A stretch of DNA of 64,000 nt from Gammaproteobacteria bacterium (lineage in GTDB: Bacteria > Pseudomonadota > Gammaproteobacteria > Ga0077536): positions 67,058 to 131,057 of the forward strand of contig JBHIYN010000016.1 in assembly GCA_041984235.1 (NCBI GenBank), read 5' to 3'. Positions 35,838 to 44,850 of the stretch are shown here, one piece after another. Made by a program: the position numbers and the translations under genes. Below the pieces are notes generated by a model, which was given only the letters and a program-made list of their open reading frames with translations, made no database searches and was not told the DNA's origin. Positions within the stretch are counted from its first letter, which is position 1; the number at the start of each line of letters is the position of its first letter.

Positions 35838-36561
35838 GTCGCTTACCGCCTGCGCCGCCTGCGGCGGCGCCGAGCTGCGCCCCTTCGTGCACAAGGACGG
35901 CTGGGACTACGTACGCTGTGCCGGCTGCGGCTTCGTGGTGGTGGCGCCGATGCCGTCGCAGGGCGAGCTGAACGCGCTCTACCAGAGCGCGCCCGTCGCC
36001 GGTACGGCCTACCCCAAGGCCCGCTCGCGTCACCGCCGCGCGCTACTGCGCGCGCTGCGCCTGGCGCCGTGGGTGTGGCGGCGTCGGGTCATCGATCTCG
36101 GTTGCGGCGGCGGCTTCATGGCCGGTGCCTTCGCGCACTTCGCGCGCGCGTCGCACGGTCTCGACATCGACGTCGAGGCGATTGCCTACGCGCGCAGGCG
36201 CTACCCGCGTTGCGTGTTCCACCAGGCCTCCTTCGATCGCTTCGTGCCCGACGGCCGCTACGACTTCGTCTATTCCTCGGAGCTGATCGAGCACGTCGCG
36301 CGGCTCGACGAGTACATGGACCTGGTCCGGCGCCTGACCGCGCCGGGCGGTCACGTGTTCATCACCACCCCGGACATCGGCTCGCCGCGGGTGCCGGCCG
36401 ACGTCACCCGCTGGGACGTGTTCGGTCCGCCCTACCATGTGCAGTTCTTCGATGAGCGCGCGCTGGCGACGCTGTTCGCGCGCTACGGCTTCACCACGCT
36501 GCGGCGCTTCCCCGATCGCAAGGCCGGGCTCAAGATGCTCTTCCGGCGCGAGGCTGCCTAG
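35821..36561 (+). CDS. class I SAM-dependent methyltransferase with N-terminal Cys4 zinc-ribbon
   Basis: 246 aa with CAACGG...CAGCGF then the SAM motif VIDLGCGGGF. Overlaps the sulfotransferase gene by 17 nt. Confidence 0.65.
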   Translation: MPTGTESLTACAACGGAELRPFVHKDGWDYVRCAGCGFVVVAPMPSQGELNALYQSAPVAGTAYPKARSRHRRALLRALRLAPWVWRRRVIDLGCGGGFMAGAFAHFARASHGLDIDVEAIAYARRRYPRCVFHQASFDRFVPDGRYDFVYSSELIEHVARLDEYMDLVRRLTAPGGHVFITTPDIGSPRVPADVTRWDVFGPPYHVQFFDERALATLFARYGFTTLRRFPDRKAGLKMLFRREAA

Positions 36562-37673
36562 CCGCCGGCGAGGCGCGCGTAGACGGCGAGCGTCGCCGCC
36601 TGCATCGCCTGCACGGTGTAGGGATGCTCGCGCGGCACCGGCTCGGGCGCGGCAAGCAGCGCCGCGCTGCGCTCGGCGGCGGCAGCGACGTCGCCCACCG
36701 GCACGCGCCCGGCGGGGAAGACCCGCGCCAGGATCTCGCCGGTGCCACCGTGGTCGTAGCCGACTACCGGCGTACCCAGGCTGAGTGCCTCGATGGTGGT
36801 GCGGCCGAAGGCCTCGGGCTCGCCGGTCAGCGAGAACGCGAGATCGGAGATCGCGAGGATCTCGCGCAGGTCGTCGCGGCTGCCGAGAAAGCTCACCGCC
36901 TCGCTCACGCCCTGCGCGCGTGCCGCCTGTTCCAGCTCGGCGGCGAAGTGCGGCTTGCGCCGGTGCGCGCCGCCTACCACCAGCCCGTGCACCGGCAGAC
37001 CGCGCGCGCGCAGGGCGGCGATGAGCGCAATGAAATCGAGCTGGCCTTTCCAGCGCGTGAGGCGACCGGGCAGGGTCAGCAGGCGGCGGCCGGCGAGCGC
37101 CGGGTAGCGCGCCTGCCACTCGGCCAGCCACGCGGCGTCCGGCGTGTAGCCGAAGGCATGGCGGGCGCGGTCGACGCCGCGCGGGATGACCGTGATGCGC
37201 TCCGGCGTGACCTGCGGGTAATGCGTGGTCACGTAGTCGCGGATGAACTCCGAGATCGCGATCACGGCCTCGCCGCTGGTCATGATGCGGCTGTAGCGGT
37301 TGACGGTGTAGGGGCCGTGCACGGTGGTCACCCAGTGCGGACGCGCCGCCGCCGGCAGGCGCTGCCGGGCGAGCCAGGCCAGCCACGCCGGCAGGCGCGA
37401 GCGCGCGTGCAGCACGTCGACCGAATGCTCCCGCAGCAGGCGCCCCAGCGTCGCTACCAGCGCCAGGCTGCGCAAGCGCTTGGCGCCCACCGGCAGGGTG
37501 ACGTGGGTCGCGCCGCAGTCAGCGATCTCGGCGGCCAGCGGGCCGCCGCCGGAGACCACCACGGCGCGGTGGCCGGCGGCGACCAGGGCCTCGGCGATCT
37601 CCACCGTGCCGCGCTCGACGCCGCCGACGCCGAGCTCGGGCAGCACCTGCATCACGGTCAGCGCGCGACTCAT
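36558..37673 (-). CDS. glycosyltransferase family 4
   Basis: 371 aa with MQVLPELGVGGVERGTVEIAEAL N-terminus and EAFGRTTIEALSLGTPVVG. Confidence 0.75.
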   Translation of the reverse strand: MSRALTVMQVLPELGVGGVERGTVEIAEALVAAGHRAVVVSGGGPLAAEIADCGATHVTLPVGAKRLRSLALVATLGRLLREHSVDVLHARSRLPAWLAWLARQRLPAAARPHWVTTVHGPYTVNRYSRIMTSGEAVIAISEFIRDYVTTHYPQVTPERITVIPRGVDRARHAFGYTPDAAWLAEWQARYPALAGRRLLTLPGRLTRWKGQLDFIALIAALRARGLPVHGLVVGGAHRRKPHFAAELEQAARAQGVSEAVSFLGSRDDLREILAISDLAFSLTGEPEAFGRTTIEALSLGTPVVGYDHGGTGEILARVFPAGRVPVGDVAAAAERSAALLAAPEPVPREHPYTVQAMQAATLAVYARLAGG

Positions 37674-38584
37674 GCGCCGTCGCCCAGCGCCGGCCAGCGC
37701 GCGAGCAGCGCGTCGGCGACGCGTCCGGCCTCGTCCAGGGTGACCGGCGCGCGCGGCGGCTCGCCCGCCGCCACCGCCCAGCCGCGCGCGATCAGCGCCG
37801 GCGCGATGGCCGTGATGCGATCGTCGCGGCGCGCTTCCAGTGCAATCAGGGATAGCGCGGCGCCGGCCGTCAGCGCCTCGTAGATCATGGCCATGCTGTC
37901 GGCCGTAACCACGGCGTGGCCGGCGCGCGCGAGCAGGCCGGGCAGCCAGTCCGGCGCGCAGGTGTCGCTGGCGGTGAAGCGGGCGGCGAGTTCCGGGTCG
38001 GCCGCGATCGCCGCGCGCAGCGCGCCCGGCGATCGCCGCGAGTCGGTCAGGTGCCAGCGCACCTGCGGTGCGCGCTGCATCGCGCGCTGTGCTTGTTCGA
38101 GCACCGCGCCGACGTCGAAGCGGTGATGCGCCGAGGGTCCGCCGAGCAGGACCACGCCGAGCGCGGGGTCCTTGTCCGCCGCCGGGCGCAGCGGGTTCAG
38201 CGGCCCTTCGCTGGCGATGACGTTGGCGGCCTCACGCGGCCGGTCGTGGCGCGGCACCACGCACAGGTCGAACCAGCGCCACGGCAGCCCCGGGCGCATC
38301 AGGCAGACCGCCGGCACGCGGTACGCGCGGCGCACCGCGACCAGCGGCCAGTGGCAGGCGCGGCCGGCGCCGACGACCAGGTCGGGCGCTGGCAGGCCGC
38401 GGCCGGCAGGAAAGCGCGCGCGCAGCGCGTCCCAGGTGTTCGATGCCGCGCTGGCGGTGACGTCGATGCGGCGCGCGTCCAGTGCGACGCGATCGGCCAG
38501 CGCCGCGATCAGGCCCTCGCTCTGGCGTTCGTGGCCCCGCTTGCCGTCGGCGAGCTGCCACACGACGACGGCGCGCCCGCTCAT
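37670..38584 (-). CDS. ELM1/DUF1022 family protein (glycan-locus associated)
   Basis: 304 aa with VVWQLADGKRGHERQSEGLIAAL and VVPRHDRP, typical of mitochondrial-fission ELM1-like bacterial proteins found in LPS core loci. ATGA overlap with the upstream GT4. Confidence 0.55.
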   Translation of the reverse strand: MSGRAVVVWQLADGKRGHERQSEGLIAALADRVALDARRIDVTASAASNTWDALRARFPAGRGLPAPDLVVGAGRACHWPLVAVRRAYRVPAVCLMRPGLPWRWFDLCVVPRHDRPREAANVIASEGPLNPLRPAADKDPALGVVLLGGPSAHHRFDVGAVLEQAQRAMQRAPQVRWHLTDSRRSPGALRAAIAADPELAARFTASDTCAPDWLPGLLARAGHAVVTADSMAMIYEALTAGAALSLIALEARRDDRITAIAPALIARGWAVAAGEPPRAPVTLDEAGRVADALLARWPALGDGA

Positions 38585-38597
38585 CGCCGCACGCGGG

Positions 38598-39521
38598 TCA
38601 CGCGACCAGGGTCAGCCACTCCGCCGGGGCCGCGCGGCGGCCGGTGACGAGGTCGAGGTAGGCCTGCTGCAGACGCTGGGTCACGGGCCCGATCGAGCCC
38701 TGCCCGATGGTGCGGTTGTCGAGCTCGCGGATCGGCGTGACCTCGGCCGCGGTGCCGGTGAAGAAGGCCTCGTCGGCGATGTAGACCTCGTCGCGGGTGA
38801 TGCGCTTCTCGATCACCTCGATGCCTTCCTCGGCGGCCAGCCACATCACCGTCTCGCGCGTGATGCCTTCGAGCGCGGAGGTGATCTCCGGCGTGTACAG
38901 CTTGCCCCGGCGCACGATGAAGATGTTCTCGCCGCTGCCTTCGCAGACCATGCCCTCGTTGTCGAGCAGCAGCGCCTCGTCGTAGCCGTCGCGCGCCGCT
39001 TCCTGCAGCGCCAGGATGGAGTTGATGTAATTGCCGCAGGCCTTGGCATGGCACATCACGCTGTTGACCAGGTGGCGGGTATAGGACGAGGTCTTGATAC
39101 GAATGCCCTTCTCCAACGCCTCGGCGCCGAGGTAGGCGCCCCAGAACCACGACGCGATGGCGACGTGCGTGGACAACGAGTCGGCGTGCAGACCCATGCC
39201 CTCGGAGCCGTAGAAGACCAGCGGGCGGATGTAGGCGGAGCTGAGCTCGTTGTCCTTCACCGACTCGATGCAGGCCTGCACGATGACCTCGTGGCTGAAC
39301 GGCATGTCCATCTGCAGGATGTGCGCGGTGTCGAACAGGCGGCGGATGTGATCGTCGAGGCGGAAGATGGCCGTGCCGCGCTCGGTCTCGTAGGCGCGGA
39401 TCCCCTCGAACGCGCCGACACCGTAGTGCAGCGAATGGGTCAGCACGTGCACGTTGGCCTCGCGCCACGGCAGCTTCTGACCGTCCATCCAGATCACCCC
39501 GTCGCGATCGGCGTAACTCAT
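38598..39521 (-). CDS. ilvE: branched-chain amino acid aminotransferase
   Basis: 307 aa, MSYADRDGVIWMDGQKLPWREANVHVLTHSLHYG...EVFFTGTAAEVTPI. Confidence 0.9.
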   Translation of the reverse strand: MSYADRDGVIWMDGQKLPWREANVHVLTHSLHYGVGAFEGIRAYETERGTAIFRLDDHIRRLFDTAHILQMDMPFSHEVIVQACIESVKDNELSSAYIRPLVFYGSEGMGLHADSLSTHVAIASWFWGAYLGAEALEKGIRIKTSSYTRHLVNSVMCHAKACGNYINSILALQEAARDGYDEALLLDNEGMVCEGSGENIFIVRRGKLYTPEITSALEGITRETVMWLAAEEGIEVIEKRITRDEVYIADEAFFTGTAAEVTPIRELDNRTIGQGSIGPVTQRLQQAYLDLVTGRRAAPAEWLTLVA

Positions 39522-39527
39522 CTCTCT

Positions 39528-42422
39528 CTACTCCAAAGTACCGGCTGACCCGAACAGTTGCTCCCAGATCCCGACCACGCTGGCGCGGTGGTCGCCGAAG
39601 CGCTCCGCCTCGACCACGGCGTCCACCTGCTGCAGCGTGCAGCGATGCAGGGCGGCGCGGTAGGCGAAGTAGGCGTCGTGCAGGTGACGGCAGGACTCGG
39701 CCGGCAGCAGCGCGAGATCCGCGATGGTCTCCAGCAGCCGCAGGTTGTCCGTCCAGGCCAGCAGTTCGGGATGCTCGCCGGCCCACCTGAGAACGGCGTA
39801 TTGCACCATAAATTCGATGTCCGTTATACCGCCCGCGCCCTGCTTGAGATCGAAGCCGGCGCTGCCGCTGCGGTCGAGCTCGCCGCGCATGCGTGCGCGC
39901 ATGGCGACGATCTCACATGCCAGCTCGTCCTCGCTGCGCGAGCGGGCGAGCACCTCCGCGCGGATCGCGGCGAAGCGTTCGAGCACGCCCGCGCTGCCGG
40001 CGATGCCGCGCGCGCGTACCAGCGCCTGGTGCTCCCACACCCAGGCCTCGTCGCTGAGATAGCGCGCGTAGGCCGTGGTCGAGATCACCATCATGCCGGC
40101 GCTGCCGGAGGGCCGCAGGCGGGTGTCGACCTCGTAGGCGACGCCGGACGGCGTGTTGGTCGAGAGGATGTGGATGAAGCGCTGCACGAGGCGGGTGAAG
40201 AACACCCCGTTCTCGATCGATTTCGCGCCGTTGGTGTGCTGCGCGCTGCCGGTCGAGTCGTTGAGGAAGACGAGATCGAGGTCCGAGCCGTAGCCGAGCT
40301 CCAGCCCGCCGAGCTTGCCATAGGCGATGATCGCGAAGCCGGCCGTGCGCGTGCCCGCGCCATCGTCGCAGCACGGCTCGCCGTAGCGCGCGACGACCTC
40401 GCGCCAGGCGAGATCCAGCGCCGCGACGATGCAGGCCTCGGCGATGTCGGTGAGCTGGTTGGAGACCTCGGCGACCGGGAAGTTGCCGGTGATGTCGCTG
40501 GCGGCGACCCGCAGCACCTGCTGGTTGCGAAAGGCGCGCAGGTTTTCCATGCCCTGCTCGAGGCCGTCGCCCGGGCGCACCTGCGCGGCGACGAGCTGGT
40601 CGAGGCGCGCGCGATCGGGCGGCGTGTAGAGCACGCGCGGATCGAGCAGCTCGTCGAGCAGGAGCGGCTGCGCGGTGATCTGCTCGGCGATCCAGGGGCT
40701 GGCCGCGAACAGCTGCAGCAGGCGATCCAGCGCGCCGGGATTGTCGGCGAGGAAGGCGACGTAGACGCTGCGCCGCGCGATCGCGTGCAGCAGGTTGGCG
40801 ATGCGGCGCAGCGCGGCGTCCGCCAGCGCGAGATCCTGCGCGCGCGCCAGCAGCAGCGGCATGAGGCGGTCGAGGCGCGCACGGCCGTGGCTGCTGAGAC
40901 GCGCGAGGAAGCGCTCCGCGCGCAGCTCGGCGACGACCGCGAGCATGCCCTCGCCGGCCGCCAGCCCGGCCTCGGCGGCGTGCTCGGCGAGGGCCGCGGC
41001 ATCGCCGTCGGCCTGCCACAGGTCGCGCCAGGCGGCGAGCGCGTCGTCCTGCTCGTCGCTGCGGTCGGGTGCTTCGAGCAGGGTGCGGAAGTGTGCGCGC
41101 GTCGCCTCGCGGTGCGTGTCCAGCGCGGCGCGGAAGGCGTCGAAGTCGGCGAAGCCGAGGGCGAAGGCGAGGCGTTCGCGCTCCAGCGGATCGCCCGGCA
41201 CGCTGTGGGTCTGCCGGTCGCGCACCTGCTGCAGGCGGTGCTCGGCGGTGCGCAGAAAGCGGTAGGCGGCGACGAGGCGGGTGACGGTGTCACGCTCGAT
41301 GAGGCCGAGATCGGCGCAGGCCTCGAGCGTCGCCACCAGCGAGCGATCGCGCAGGCGCGGCTCGCGGCCGCCGCGGATGAGCTGGAACAGCTGCCCGGTG
41401 AACTCGATCTCGCGGATGCCGCCGCGGCCGCGCTTGAGGTCGTCGACGAGCTGGCGCGAGGAGGCCTCGCGATCGATCGACTGCTTCATCTCGCGCAGCG
41501 CTTCGAGTGCGCCGAAGTCGAGGTAGCGGCGGTAGACGAACGGTCGCACGATGTCGTCGAGCTCGGCCAGGGTACGCGTGTCACCGGTGATCGCGCGGCC
41601 CTTGATCAGCGCGTAGCGTTCCCAGTCGCGGCCGTGCGCGGCGTAGTAGTGTTCGAGCCCGGTCAGCGAGGTGGTGAGCGGACCGGAGTCGCCGAACGGG
41701 CGCAGCCGCATGTCGACGCGGAACACGAAGCCGTCGGCGGTGGTCTCGTTGAGCAGCCCGATGAGCTCGCGCCCGAGGCGGTTGAAGTAGTCCTGCAGCT
41801 CGAGCTCGCGGCGGCCGCCGCGGGTCACGCCACGGCCGCGGTAGACGAACAGCAGGTCGATGTCGGAGGAGAAGTTGAGCTCGCCGCCGCCGAGCTTGCC
41901 CATGCCGATGACGACCAGCTGCAGCGCGCTGCCGTCGGCGTCGAAGGCCTGGCCGAAGCGCGGCGCGAGATGCGTCTCCAGCCAGCCCAGCGCGCCGGCG
42001 ACGACGGCGTCGGCGAAGGCCGACAGCTCGGCCATGATCGCGAGCACGTCGCCGCCGAGACGGATGTCGCGCCACGCGAGGCGCACCATCTCGAGGTTGC
42101 GCAGCCGGCGCAGGGCGCGCTTGGCCGCGGCCAGCTCGTCGACGCCGGCCAGCTCGGCGGCGACGAGACGGTCGTAGTCGGCGCGGCTGCGCGGCGTGGC
42201 GAGCGCGGCATCGGCCAGCAGCGCGTCGAACTCGGCCGGCCGGCGGATCGCGACTTCGGCCAGGAACGGGCTGGCGGCGAACATCGCGGCGAGCTCGGCA
42301 TCGGTGCGGCGCGCGATGCCGGCGGCCGCCGCGGCCTCGTCGAAGCGCGCGGCCAGCGGTGCGGCCTCGGCGGCGAGCGCCGGCGGCAGGGTGGCGGGCG
42401 GTTCGAACACGGGCAGGGTCAT
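39528..42422 (-). CDS. glnE: bifunctional glutamine synthetase adenylyltransferase/adenylyl-removing enzyme
   Basis: 964 aa with two nucleotidyltransferase domains (GKLGGGELNFSSDIDL and GKLGGLELGYGSDLDL). Start trimmed to MTLPVFEPP. Confidence 0.9.
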   Translation of the reverse strand: MTLPVFEPPATLPPALAAEAAPLAARFDEAAAAAGIARRTDAELAAMFAASPFLAEVAIRRPAEFDALLADAALATPRSRADYDRLVAAELAGVDELAAAKRALRRLRNLEMVRLAWRDIRLGGDVLAIMAELSAFADAVVAGALGWLETHLAPRFGQAFDADGSALQLVVIGMGKLGGGELNFSSDIDLLFVYRGRGVTRGGRRELELQDYFNRLGRELIGLLNETTADGFVFRVDMRLRPFGDSGPLTTSLTGLEHYYAAHGRDWERYALIKGRAITGDTRTLAELDDIVRPFVYRRYLDFGALEALREMKQSIDREASSRQLVDDLKRGRGGIREIEFTGQLFQLIRGGREPRLRDRSLVATLEACADLGLIERDTVTRLVAAYRFLRTAEHRLQQVRDRQTHSVPGDPLERERLAFALGFADFDAFRAALDTHREATRAHFRTLLEAPDRSDEQDDALAAWRDLWQADGDAAALAEHAAEAGLAAGEGMLAVVAELRAERFLARLSSHGRARLDRLMPLLLARAQDLALADAALRRIANLLHAIARRSVYVAFLADNPGALDRLLQLFAASPWIAEQITAQPLLLDELLDPRVLYTPPDRARLDQLVAAQVRPGDGLEQGMENLRAFRNQQVLRVAASDITGNFPVAEVSNQLTDIAEACIVAALDLAWREVVARYGEPCCDDGAGTRTAGFAIIAYGKLGGLELGYGSDLDLVFLNDSTGSAQHTNGAKSIENGVFFTRLVQRFIHILSTNTPSGVAYEVDTRLRPSGSAGMMVISTTAYARYLSDEAWVWEHQALVRARGIAGSAGVLERFAAIRAEVLARSRSEDELACEIVAMRARMRGELDRSGSAGFDLKQGAGGITDIEFMVQYAVLRWAGEHPELLAWTDNLRLLETIADLALLPAESCRHLHDAYFAYRAALHRCTLQQVDAVVEAERFGDHRASVVGIWEQLFGSAGTLE

Positions 42423-42520
42423 GGGGCGCGGCACTCCCGGGCGCTGCGGTTGATCGAAAGCACCGCGGCGGTGACACTCGCCCGGGCATCGCCATTGTCC
42501 AACATCGTTCCGCACGCGTC

Positions 42521-43678
42521 ATGACCGCCACCCCGCACCTCGAGAGCAAGCTGCCCGACGTCGGCACCACCATCTTCACCGTCATGTCGCAGATGGCGCA
42601 CGAGCACGGTGCGATCAACCTGTCGCAGGGCTATCCCGATTACGACGGTCCGGCACTGCTGCGCGAGCGCCTCGCCTGGTACGCCGGCAACGGCTACAAC
42701 CAGTACGCACCGCTGGCCGGGGTGCCGGCACTGCGCGCCGCCTGTGCGGCCAAGGTCGAGCGCTGCTACGGGCGCGTTACCGACGCCGACAGCGAGATCA
42801 CCGTCACCCCCGGCGCGACCGAGGCCATCTACTGCGCGGTGACCGCGGTGGTGCGCCCGGGCGACGAAGTGATCATGTTCGACCCGGTCTACGACTGCTA
42901 CGACCCGGCCGTGCGCCTGTCGGGCGGGGTGCCGGTGCACCTCACGCTGACCGCGCCCGACTACCGCATCGACTGGGACGCGGTCGAACGTGCGGCCACG
43001 CCGCGCACGCGCGCGATCATGATCAACTCGCCGCACAACCCGACCGGCACGGTGATCGACGGCGACGACCTCGCCGCCCTTACCCGCCTCGCCTGCGCGC
43101 ACGATCTGATCGTGATCTCGGACGAGGTCTACGAGCACCTCGTGTTCGACGGCCGCGAGCACCAGAGCGTGCTGCGCGAGCCGCGCCTGGCGGCCCGCGC
43201 CTTCGCCGTGTTCTCCTTCGGCAAGACCTTCCACGTCACCGGCTGGAAGACCGGCTACGCGGTCGCGCCGCCGACGCTCACCACCGAGCTGCGCCGCGTG
43301 CACCAGTTCGTCGCCTTCGTCGCCTGCACCCCGGTGCAGCACGCGCTGGCCGATTTCATGAACGCCGAGCCCGGCCATATCGACGGCCTGCCGGCTTTCT
43401 ACCAGCGCAAGCGCGACCGCTTCAACGCTGCATTGGCCGGCTCGCGCTTCCGTTTCACGCCGAGTGCCGGCACCTTCTTCCAGCTCGCCGACTACTCGGC
43501 GCTGGACGACCGCGACGACAGAGCTTTCGTCACCTGGCTGACGCAGGAGGTCGGCGTCGCGGCGATCCCGATGTCGGTGTTCTACGCCGAGCCGCCGGAC
43601 GAGCGCTACGTGCGCTTCTGCTTCTGCAAGGAAGACGACACCCTGGATACCGCCGCCACCAAACTCGCCGCCCTGTAG
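42521..43678 (+). CDS. PLP-dependent aminotransferase (YbdL/methionine aminotransferase-like, class I)
   Basis: 385 aa from MTATPHLESKLPDVGTTIFTVMSQMA...SFGKTFHVTGWKTGY (PLP-lysine region). Confidence 0.8.
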   Translation: MTATPHLESKLPDVGTTIFTVMSQMAHEHGAINLSQGYPDYDGPALLRERLAWYAGNGYNQYAPLAGVPALRAACAAKVERCYGRVTDADSEITVTPGATEAIYCAVTAVVRPGDEVIMFDPVYDCYDPAVRLSGGVPVHLTLTAPDYRIDWDAVERAATPRTRAIMINSPHNPTGTVIDGDDLAALTRLACAHDLIVISDEVYEHLVFDGREHQSVLREPRLAARAFAVFSFGKTFHVTGWKTGYAVAPPTLTTELRRVHQFVAFVACTPVQHALADFMNAEPGHIDGLPAFYQRKRDRFNAALAGSRFRFTPSAGTFFQLADYSALDDRDDRAFVTWLTQEVGVAAIPMSVFYAEPPDERYVRFCFCKEDDTLDTAATKLAAL

Positions 43679-43772
43679 AAAAGGGGACATGCCACATTTG
43701 TAAGTGTTGCTACGCAAGCGCAGCCGGTTGCCCCGGTGCGGCCCACTTGCAAATGTGGCATGTCCCCTTTTC
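43679..43772. repeat. ~94-bp perfect palindromic element, copy 1 (28-bp inverted arms, A-tract/T-tract flanked)
   Basis: AAAAGGGGACATGCCACATTTGTAAGTG...loop...CACTTGCAAATGTGGCATGTCCCCTTTT. Sits directly after the ybdL-like stop. Confidence 0.75.
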
Positions 43773-43871
43773 CGTTCCCCGTCGATGGTGTGCGCGCCGC
43801 CGGGGCTGCGCGGGCCGCCGGGCGGCCGTCCGGCCTGCACCACCATGCGCGTGGCGAAGCCGGCGGCGAGG

Positions 43872-43967
43872 AAAAAGGGGACATGCCACATTTGTAAGTG
43901 CTTCTACGCAAGCGCAGCCGGTTGCCCGGTGCGGCCCACTTACAAATGTGGCATGTCCCCTTTTTCC
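43872..43967. repeat. ~96-bp perfect palindromic element, copy 2
   Basis: Near-identical to copy 1. Immediately followed by the fxsA stop (43969). The spacer between copies carries a ~90-bp duplicate of an internal fxsA 3' segment. Confidence 0.75.
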
Positions 43968-43968
43968 G

Positions 43969-44442
43969 CTACTCGATGCGGCGGTGGCTGCGGCGGGCGT
44001 CGTCGTCCTCCACGGTGTAGTCGGCGTCGATGGTGTGTGAGCCGCCGGGGCTGCGCGGGCCGCCGGGTGGCCGTCCGACCTGCACCACCATGCGCGCGGC
44101 GAAGCCGGCGGCGAGGGCGCGGCGGATGGCCGGCACCAGGCAGGCGAAACCGAGCACGTCGGTGATGAAGCCCGGGGTCAGCAGCATGACGCCGGTGAAC
44201 AGCAGGATCAGGCCCTCCACCACCTCCAGCGCCGGCAGCTCGCCGGCCTCCAGCGCGGCGCGCATGCGCGCCACCGTGGCCAGGCCCTGGCCGCGCAGCA
44301 GCCAGGCGCCGACCACCGCCGTCAGCACCACCAGCGCGACCGTGGTCGCGGCCCCGATCGAGCGCCCGACCTCGATCAGCACGTACAGCTCGACCAGCGG
44401 CACGCCGATGAGCAGGGCCAGGAGCAGCACGAAGACGGGCAT
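43969..44442 (-). CDS. fxsA: FxsA family cytoplasmic membrane protein
   Basis: 157 aa, MPVFVLLLALLIGVPLVELYVLIEVG..., an FxsA-like 2-TM N-terminus. Confidence 0.8.
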   Translation of the reverse strand: MPVFVLLLALLIGVPLVELYVLIEVGRSIGAATTVALVVLTAVVGAWLLRGQGLATVARMRAALEAGELPALEVVEGLILLFTGVMLLTPGFITDVLGFACLVPAIRRALAAGFAARMVVQVGRPPGGPRSPGGSHTIDADYTVEDDDARRSHRRIE

Positions 44443-44508
44443 GGAAAGTGACGGCGGGGCAGGTGGGCAACGTACAATAACATGGCGTCATAACCCGACT
44501 TTGCAACC

Positions 44509-44850
44509 ATGGACCTGTCATCCGGCGCCGCCGCGCACGCCCTCATCGTACTCTGCACCTGCCCCGACGAGGCGAGTGCCGCGCGCCTCGCCGAGGCCGC
44601 CGTCGAGGGCGGGCACGCGGCCTGCGTCAACCGGGTGCCGGGGCTGTTGTCGACCTTCCTGTGGCAAGGGCGCGTCGAGCGCGAGTCCGAGGTGCTGCTG
44701 CTGGCCAAGACCACGCCGGCGGCCTACCCGGCGCTCGAAGCCTGCTGGAGCGCGCTGCACCCCTATGAACTCCCGGAGGTCATCGCGGTCGATGTGACTA
44801 CCGGGTCCGCGGCCTACCTCGAATGGATCGAATCGTGCGTTACCTCCTGA
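44509..44850 (+). CDS. cutA: divalent-cation tolerance protein CutA
   Basis: 113 aa with LIVLCTCPDEASAARLAEAAVEGGHAACVN, CutA1 family, upstream of dsbD as in E. coli. Confidence 0.85.
   Translation: MDLSSGAAAHALIVLCTCPDEASAARLAEAAVEGGHAACVNRVPGLLSTFLWQGRVERESEVLLLAKTTPAAYPALEACWSALHPYELPEVIAVDVTTGSAAYLEWIESCVTS

Noticed and set aside
39558-42524. 988-aa plus-strand ORF antisense to glnE
   Set aside because: The low-complexity Ala/Arg/Gly-rich translation is entirely antisense to a strongly supported GlnE. This is typical of spurious long ORFs in ~70% GC DNA.
42419-43891. 490-aa minus ORF beginning MWHVPFFLAAGFATRMVVQAGRPPGG
   Set aside because: Its N-terminus is translation of the duplicated fxsA 3' fragment and the palindromic element. 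The remainder is antisense to the ybdL-like aminotransferase. It is a by-product of the tandem duplication, not a gene.
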